From a bacterium (GTDB taxonomy: Bacteria > JADJOY01), in assembly GCA_046331705.1 (NCBI GenBank), contig JAXLQJ010000002.1, positions 1 through 64,000 on the forward strand: a stretch of DNA of 64,000 nucleotides. Direction: 5' to 3'. The position numbers were made by a program, and so were the translations under genes. Positions 57,883-64,000 of the stretch are shown here, one piece after another. Every line of letters starts with the position of its first letter. The stretch's first letter is position 1. Under the pieces are notes generated by a model. That model ran no database searches. It was not told the DNA's origin and saw only the letters and a list, made by a program, of their open reading frames with translations.

Positions 57883-60800
57883 ACGTGCGGCGCTGGGCCG
57901 CGAGCACGCTCGTGGCGGCGCTCGCGCTCGCCGCGTCGGCGGGTGGGTGCAGCGGCGCGCGCGCGCCGGCGCCCGGCCAGCTTGCGGGCGAGACGCTGAG
58001 CGGCGCGCCGGTCCACTCCGAGATCGACGGCCTCGAGCGCGCGTCGTTCCTCACCAGCCACACCGCCAACGACTTCCTGCCGCAGCCCTCGCCGGACGGT
58101 CGCCAGCTGCTCTACGTGAGCGAGCGCGACGGCCAGAAGGACCTCTTCGTGAAGCCGCTCGGCGGCGGGGTCGGCCGCGGCTCGATCCAGGTCACGTTCC
58201 ACGCCGCCGACGACGGCGATCCGTGCTGGTCGCCGGACGGCGAGCGCATCGGGTTCTCGTCGCAACGCGAGGATCCCGACGGCGACATCTACGTCGTTCG
58301 GCTGCCGCCCGTGCCGGGACTCGCCGAGCTGGTGGGCGAGCGCGCCGTCTGGCAGCGCGCCGGCATGCTCACGCGCCTCACCGACGGCATGACCGCCGAC
58401 CGCCAGCCCGCGTGGTCGCCCGACGGCGACTCGATCGTCTACACGTCGCGCTGGAAGAACGAGAGCCTCGAGAACTTGTGGATCCTCGATCCCACCAAGC
58501 CCGCGTGGCGCTGGCGGCTCACCTGGGCGGGCGGCCACGACGCCGTCTGGACGCCGGACGGCCAGTGGGTGATCTACGCGGCCGCGCGCGGCTCGGATCC
58601 CGCGGATACCGATCTGTGGGCCATCCGGCCGAGCGACGGCGCCGAGCGGCAGCTCACCTCCGGCCCGGCGCTGGACGCGAGCCCCGCGGTCTCGGCCGAC
58701 GGCCTGCACGTGGTCTACGCCCGCTTCGCGACCGACACCAACGACGACGGCCGCATCGGCACCGACGACGACGCGTCGATCGCACGCCTCGACCTCGACA
58801 CCAGCCGCCTCGCCGAGCTCACCGAGACCTCGCTGCCGACGCCGATCCCGCTCACTCCCGACGACTACTTCGACGCGTTCCCGCGGGTCGTGGGCAGCCG
58901 CGTGGTGATGGCATCCGATCGGCTCGCGGTCCGCGGCCGCAATCTCGACGTCGTCGAGATACCGCTCGCAGGGCTGGTGCGCGAGGAAGCGAGCGCCGCC
59001 GAGCAGCTCCGTCTCGCCCGCGCCCTCGATGCGCGGCCGGGCCTCGACCCACGCGTACGCATCCTCGGCTACGCGAAGGTGCTGCGTCCCTTCGCCGCCG
59101 GGAGCGCCGCCAGCGCGGACGATCTCGACGAAGCGCGCGAGCGGATCGGCGAGCTCGAGCTCCTCGCCGGCCAGCGCCGCGAGGCCGTGCGCGCGTTCGA
59201 GGCGCTGGTGGCGAGCGCCGCGCCGGGAGCGATCGCGCGAGCCCGCGCCGAGGTGGAGCTGGTGAAGATCCGCCGCGAGGACGCCGAGGACGATCTCTCG
59301 GCGCCCGCCCAGCGGCACGCGCTCGACGAACGCCTGGACGCGGGGCTCGCCACCCTGGCCGAGATCGACCGGCGTTTCCCGGGCACCCTCGAGATCCAGG
59401 TGCGCGCGGCGATCGAGCGCGGCCGCCACCATCTCTCGCGCGGGATCCGCGGTGCCGCCCTCGACGACTTCCGCGCCGCCGAGGCCGCGGCGCAGACGTT
59501 TCCCGCCCTCGCCGCCGAAGCGGCGTTCGAGCGCGGGCGCGTCTACCAATCGGTCTCGGACACACAGGGCTTGGTCGGCTCGGACGTGAACCTGCTCACC
59601 CGCTATCGCGACGTGGCGCCCTGGGCGGAGCGCGCCGCCGACCGCGCCATCGCCGCGGTCCTCGGCGACGCCACGGTGCTCGAGCCGGCGCAGCGTCTCG
59701 CCCGGCTCGTGGATCTCGCCGCCGAGCGCAAGGCGGTGCCGGTGCTGCCGGCGCGCGCGCTTCTCGAGGTCGGCAGGGCGCACGCGGAGGCCGGTCGCCC
59801 CGAGCGCGCCCAAGAGGTCTATCGCCGCGTTCCCGCCGAGTTCCCGGAGGATCGGGCGCAAGTGGCCGAGGCGCGCTTCCGGCTCGCCAGCCTCGCCTAC
59901 GCTGCCGGGCGCTGGGACGAAGCCCTCGAGCAGTACCGCCTCATCCAACGCGACGTGCCGCAAGCCGAGCGCGCCTACGAGCTGGCGCGGGAGAGCTTCG
60001 TGCGCGCGGCGGTCGAGAAGGGCGAAGCGGAGATCAAGGGACGCGATCCCCAGAGCGCCATCGCCACCTTCGTCGGCCTGGTGAAGTACGACCCGAGCGT
60101 CGTGGAAGCGCACCGCGGGCTCGTCGACGCCTACGTCCGCGCCCGGCGCCTGAAGGAGATCCAGAGCCACTACGAGGCGCAGCTCGAGCAGAACCCCAGC
60201 GACGCGGTGGCGGCGTACGCGCTCGGGCTCGTCTTCACCTACCCCGAAGCGCTCGATCTCGACGCCGCCGAGAAGTGGCTCAGGCGCTCCATCGTCCTCG
60301 ATCCGCGCAACGCGTACGCGCACCAGACGCTCGGCTTCGTCCTCAAGGCCCGCGCCGACCGCGTCGAGGAGCCGAGCCTGGCGCGCGAGCTGATGGACGC
60401 CACCGTGGGCTCGGTGCTGGCCAAGACGGGCATCCGCTCGCAGGAGACCGAGCGCAAGGAAGACCTGCTCAACCAAGCGCTCGAGAAGTACCAGGCCGCG
60501 CAGGCGCTCTCGAACGAAGCGATGAGTCCCGGTCAGCGCGCCGATCTCGACCTCAACCTCGGCAACGTCTATCTCGAGCTCGGCAACGATCTGCGCGCGT
60601 ACGAGTCGTACCGAGCGCGCGAGGCCTCGGGCCGGCCGTTCGCCGTCGAGGAACAGGAAGCGCTCTTCCACACGAGCTTCTCGAAGGCGGCCCACCGCAC
60701 GGGGCACCTCGACGAGGCCGAGCGCCACGCGCTCGCCGCGCTGGCGTTCTGGCGCCCGCGCAAGGACGAGGCGCGGATCTACGAGCTGGTCGACAGCCTC

Positions 60801-63800
60801 GGCCTCGTCTACCAGGAGCAAGGCCGGCGCACCGAGGCGGTGGAGGCCTATCGCGAGACGCTCGAGATCAGCCGGCGGCGCGGCGACGAGTCCAACGCCT
60901 TCCGGGCGCTCATGAACCTGGCCGTGAATCTCACGTTCCAGGCGGAAAACGGCGTGCGCGGCGCCGATTGGTCGCTGCTCGACGAGGCGCTCGCGCGTCA
61001 CGAGGAGGCGCTCGCCAAGCTCGGCACGCGCGCCACGCGAAGCGAGAGCAGCACCGGGTTCGCCGTGACCAACGTGAACGTGGCGCTGGCCGGCGAGTCG
61101 TCCTCCGCCGCCACCGGCTTCGACGAGGCGGGCTTCCGGCGCCTCTTCCTCACCTTCGTCGCCCGCATCCACCGCGATGCGGGCAACGTCGACGAGAGCG
61201 TCGCGGCGCTGACGGCCAAGCGTGCCCAGCTTCCCGCGCTCGAGCCACGCGACGCGGCCCGTAACCCGGGCACCGCCATCGACCACGCGATCCTGCTCGA
61301 GCAGATCGGCGCGCTTAGGCTGGCGCAAGGCAAGCCCGCCGAGGCGCTTGGCGCGCTGACCCGATCGCTCGAGCTCTGCGAGGCCCTGGGCGACGTCGGG
61401 TTGGCAGGCGCCGTCGCGGGTATCGAGCAGCTCGCGCGCCTGGCCGGCGAGGCCCCGGCGAGCGTCCTCGACGACACCCGCGCAGCAGCGCTCGTCGCGC
61501 ACGCCGAGCGCGTGCGCGAGCTGGCGTCCAACGCCACCACGAATCCCGAGCGCCGCTGGCTCGTGGCGCGAGCGTGGAACGCCGAGGCGGAGATCGTGCG
61601 GGCCGGCATCGCGCGCGAGCCCGCGGCACCGGCGGCAGGCTCGCGAGCGACCGTGGCGGAGCGCGTGCGCAGCGGTCTCGCGGCCGCCGAGCGGGATGCC
61701 GCGGCGCTCGATCGCGCGCGCGCGGCCCTCGACCAGGCGCTCACGGTGCTCGGGGCGCCACGACCGGACGACCCGCCGGCGATCGCGCGGGCGCGGGCCA
61801 TCTCGGCGGTGAACCGGGCGCGGCTGGGGTTGCGGGTCGCCGCCGATGCCAGCGCGGCGCGCGCGGCCCTCGACGTCGCCTTGGGCGGGCTGCGCGACGG
61901 CGCCGACGACGACCTACGCTGGCGCGTGCTCGCGGAGCGCGGCGCGCTGCGCGAACGAGCGCGCGACGACCAGGACGGCGCGACCGCCGATCTGGAAGCG
62001 GCGGCGGCGCTCGTGAAGGCGCTCGCCCCGGGAACGCTCGAGGTCGACGATGCCGGCGAGCTCGATGCGCTCTTCGACAGGCTCGCCAGCCGTGCCGTCG
62101 TCCAGGGACGGGTGTCGAAGGCGCTCACGCTGCTCGACACCGCGCCCGCGATCGCCCTCGCACACGTGGTCGGCGCGGGGCTCGCGCCCGAGCCGCCGCG
62201 ACCGCCCGATGCCGCGCTCGCCGCCGCCGTGGGCTCGCCGCCGCAAGAGGAGAAATCGCGCGAGCGCGAGGTGCTCGCGAGCGTGCTCGCCCGCGAGCCT
62301 CTCGATCCCGGCGATCTGCAGGCGCGGCTCGGCGAGGGCGAGATCGTGCTGGCGCCGGTGACCGTGCCGCGCTCGGCGATCGTCCGGGTGTTCCGCCTCG
62401 ACGCCGCGCGCCTCGACGCGGTGGAGGTGCCGCGCACCGGCGACGACGCCGCGCTCGCGAGCGCGGTGATCGCCGCGGGGCTCGGTGGGCGCAGACCGAC
62501 GGCGCTCTACCTCTCACCACGCGCCGAGCTGGTCCGCTTGCCGTGGGAGAGCGCGATCCCCGTGGGAGTACCGTCGGCGCGGGTGCTGAGCCTCGCACAC
62601 CTCGCCGCCTCGCTCGATGCGCGCAACGTGCTGCGCGAGGGCCGCTTGCGCATCGCCGCCGAGCGCACACCCGGGCCCGTCGCACCCGAGGTGACCGAGA
62701 TCGCGGGCGCGGATGCGGATCGCGAGCGCATCCTGCGCGAGCTCCCTGGGAAATCGATCGTCGAGATCGCGACGCCGCTCACCGGCGGCAGCGACCCGCT
62801 GGCGCTGCGCCCCGCGCTCCCGCTCGGTGCGGGCCGGCTGCAGCGCTTCACCCTCGACGATCTGGTGCGCGAGCCGGCGCGCCGCCGCGTGGCGCTCGCG
62901 CAGGCGATCGAGGCGTCGTCGCTCACCCGTGACGCCGCCGTGCAGGTCCTCGCTGCCGCCGGCTTCCCGTCGGTCGTGATCGCGCCGGAGGCCTCGACCC
63001 GCGAGCGCGTCGTGGCGGCGCTCGGCGAAGCCTCGGTGGGCGAGGCGGTGGCGAGCGCCCGCAAGAGCGCTCCCACGACTCCGCTCGAGCTCTACGGCGC
63101 GGTGGGATTCGACGCCGACCAGGCGCTGGCGTTCGCCGAGGAGCGCTACGGCGATCTCGTCGCCCAGGCGGCGCGCGCGTATCGAGAGGAGCGCTGGAAG
63201 GACGCGGCCGACGCGTTCGCCGACGCGCTCAGCCTGGAAGAGATCCTCGATCGCCCGGCCGACCGCGCGCAGATGCTCTACCGGCTCACCGACGCCTGCG
63301 CCCGCGCCGGCCAATGGCAGCGAGCCACGCGCTACCAGCAGCAATCCGTCGCCGACGCGCGCAAGCAAGGCGATCCGGCGGCGCTCGCCCAGGCGCTCTT
63401 CGACCTCGGCGTCTTCCGCTCGCGCGCCGAGGATTTCGACGGCGCGATCGCCGCCCTCGGCGAGACCGCAGCGCTATGGGCCAAGCTCGGACGCGTCGCG
63501 GACAAGAGCCAGGCGCTCGCGGTGCAAGGGATCGCCGAGGAGAGCGCCGGGCGTTACCAGCGCGCGCTCGAGACCTTCGGCACCGCGCTGGCGCTCGACG
63601 AGGTGAGCGGTGCCTCCGAGGGCCAAGGGCGCCAGATTCGCCGCATCGGCCGCATCCAGCTGGTGCGGCTCAATCGCTACGCGGACGCGGAAGCGAGCTT
63701 CCGCAAGGCGCAGGCGATCCTCGAGAGCGCAGGCGACGTCCCGGGCTGGATCGAATCGACCCTGGAGATCGGCCTCGCGCGAGTGGCGATCGGCGATCTC

Positions 63801-64000
63801 GCCGGCGCCATCGCGCAATACGACGAAGGGCTCGAGGCGGCGCGGGACTCCGACGAGAAGGCGCTCGTCGCCAAGGCGCTCGCCTACCGCGCCGAAGCGC
63901 ATTGGCTCTCCGCGAGCTACGGCGAGGCCTTCGCCGACATCCGCGCTGCGGAACAAGCGGCCGAGGCGGCCTCAGCGCCGCGCCAGGCGTTCCTGGCGAC
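57879..64000 (+). CDS. Giant lipoprotein (>2040 aa, 3-prime partial): TolB-like PD40 propeller + TPR arrays + degenerate CHAT domain + further TPRs
   Basis: Absent from ORF track, consistent with no stop in window. GTG 57879 overlaps upstream stop; MNVRRWAASTLVAALALAASAGGC; PSPDG, WSPDG x2, WTPDG, VSADG repeats; same frame still coding at 62280-63110 and at window end. Confidence 0.85.
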   Translation, partial: MNVRRWAASTLVAALALAASAGGCSGARAPAPGQLAGETLSGAPVHSEIDGLERASFLTSHTANDFLPQPSPDGRQLLYVSERDGQKDLFVKPLGGGVGRGSIQVTFHAADDGDPCWSPDGERIGFSSQREDPDGDIYVVRLPPVPGLAELVGERAVWQRAGMLTRLTDGMTADRQPAWSPDGDSIVYTSRWKNESLENLWILDPTKPAWRWRLTWAGGHDAVWTPDGQWVIYAAARGSDPADTDLWAIRPSDGAERQLTSGPALDASPAVSADGLHVVYARFATDTNDDGRIGTDDDASIARLDLDTSRLAELTETSLPTPIPLTPDDYFDAFPRVVGSRVVMASDRLAVRGRNLDVVEIPLAGLVREEASAAEQLRLARALDARPGLDPRVRILGYAKVLRPFAAGSAASADDLDEARERIGELELLAGQRREAVRAFEALVASAAPGAIARARAEVELVKIRREDAEDDLSAPAQRHALDERLDAGLATLAEIDRRFPGTLEIQVRAAIERGRHHLSRGIRGAALDDFRAAEAAAQTFPALAAEAAFERGRVYQSVSDTQGLVGSDVNLLTRYRDVAPWAERAADRAIAAVLGDATVLEPAQRLARLVDLAAERKAVPVLPARALLEVGRAHAEAGRPERAQEVYRRVPAEFPEDRAQVAEARFRLASLAYAAGRWDEALEQYRLIQRDVPQAERAYELARESFVRAAVEKGEAEIKGRDPQSAIATFVGLVKYDPSVVEAHRGLVDAYVRARRLKEIQSHYEAQLEQNPSDAVAAYALGLVFTYPEALDLDAAEKWLRRSIVLDPRNAYAHQTLGFVLKARADRVEEPSLARELMDATVGSVLAKTGIRSQETERKEDLLNQALEKYQAAQALSNEAMSPGQRADLDLNLGNVYLELGNDLRAYESYRAREASGRPFAVEEQEALFHTSFSKAAHRTGHLDEAERHALAALAFWRPRKDEARIYELVDSLGLVYQEQGRRTEAVEAYRETLEISRRRGDESNAFRALMNLAVNLTFQAENGVRGADWSLLDEALARHEEALAKLGTRATRSESSTGFAVTNVNVALAGESSSAATGFDEAGFRRLFLTFVARIHRDAGNVDESVAALTAKRAQLPALEPRDAARNPGTAIDHAILLEQIGALRLAQGKPAEALGALTRSLELCEALGDVGLAGAVAGIEQLARLAGEAPASVLDDTRAAALVAHAERVRELASNATTNPERRWLVARAWNAEAEIVRAGIAREPAAPAAGSRATVAERVRSGLAAAERDAAALDRARAALDQALTVLGAPRPDDPPAIARARAISAVNRARLGLRVAADASAARAALDVALGGLRDGADDDLRWRVLAERGALRERARDDQDGATADLEAAAALVKALAPGTLEVDDAGELDALFDRLASRAVVQGRVSKALTLLDTAPAIALAHVVGAGLAPEPPRPPDAALAAAVGSPPQEEKSREREVLASVLAREPLDPGDLQARLGEGEIVLAPVTVPRSAIVRVFRLDAARLDAVEVPRTGDDAALASAVIAAGLGGRRPTALYLSPRAELVRLPWESAIPVGVPSARVLSLAHLAASLDARNVLREGRLRIAAERTPGPVAPEVTEIAGADADRERILRELPGKSIVEIATPLTGGSDPLALRPALPLGAGRLQRFTLDDLVREPARRRVALAQAIEASSLTRDAAVQVLAAAGFPSVVIAPEASTRERVVAALGEASVGEAVASARKSAPTTPLELYGAVGFDADQALAFAEERYGDLVAQAARAYREERWKDAADAFADALSLEEILDRPADRAQMLYRLTDACARAGQWQRATRYQQQSVADARKQGDPAALAQALFDLGVFRSRAEDFDGAIAALGETAALWAKLGRVADKSQALAVQGIAEESAGRYQRALETFGTALALDEVSGASEGQGRQIRRIGRIQLVRLNRYADAEASFRKAQAILESAGDVPGWIESTLEIGLARVAIGDLAGAIAQYDEGLEAARDSDEKALVAKALAYRAEAHWLSASYGEAFADIRAAEQAAEAASAPRQAFLA

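Noticed and set aside
57672..61502. 1276-aa minus ORF and 1105-aa plus ORF (57947-61264)
   Set aside because: Shadows of the unlisted real frame starting at 57879

Overview
Very GC-rich (roughly 70%+ by eye), gene-dense bacterial chromosomal window with about 50 CDSs. I recognised no rRNA, tRNA, CRISPR array, transposase or integrase. Hanks kinases, hybrid kinases, many lipoproteins and TPR/CHAT proteins suggest a Myxococcota/Deltaproteobacteria- or Acidobacteria-like organism (inference only). Content in order: a signalling cluster; a lipid/hydrocarbon-type catabolic group with a tandem TetR-type operator; secreted beta-propeller and glycosidase genes; a pnuC-nadR-MoxR-X-(HExxH/VWA)-Y-adenylating-enzyme operon with one internal frameshift; fhs, ilvA and serC; a Crp/Fnr plus Ser/Thr-kinase-globin pair; and a >2000-aa lipoprotein missed by the ORF track (PD40 propeller, TPRs, apparently dead CHAT domain) that runs off the right edge. 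Best candidates for undescribed biology: the MoxR/peptidase-VWA/adenylating-enzyme operon, the exported TPR-pseudo-CHAT giant, the globin-coupled kinase, and a 19-aa C-terminal tag shared by two unrelated secreted proteins. All family calls come from motifs read by eye, not from database searches.
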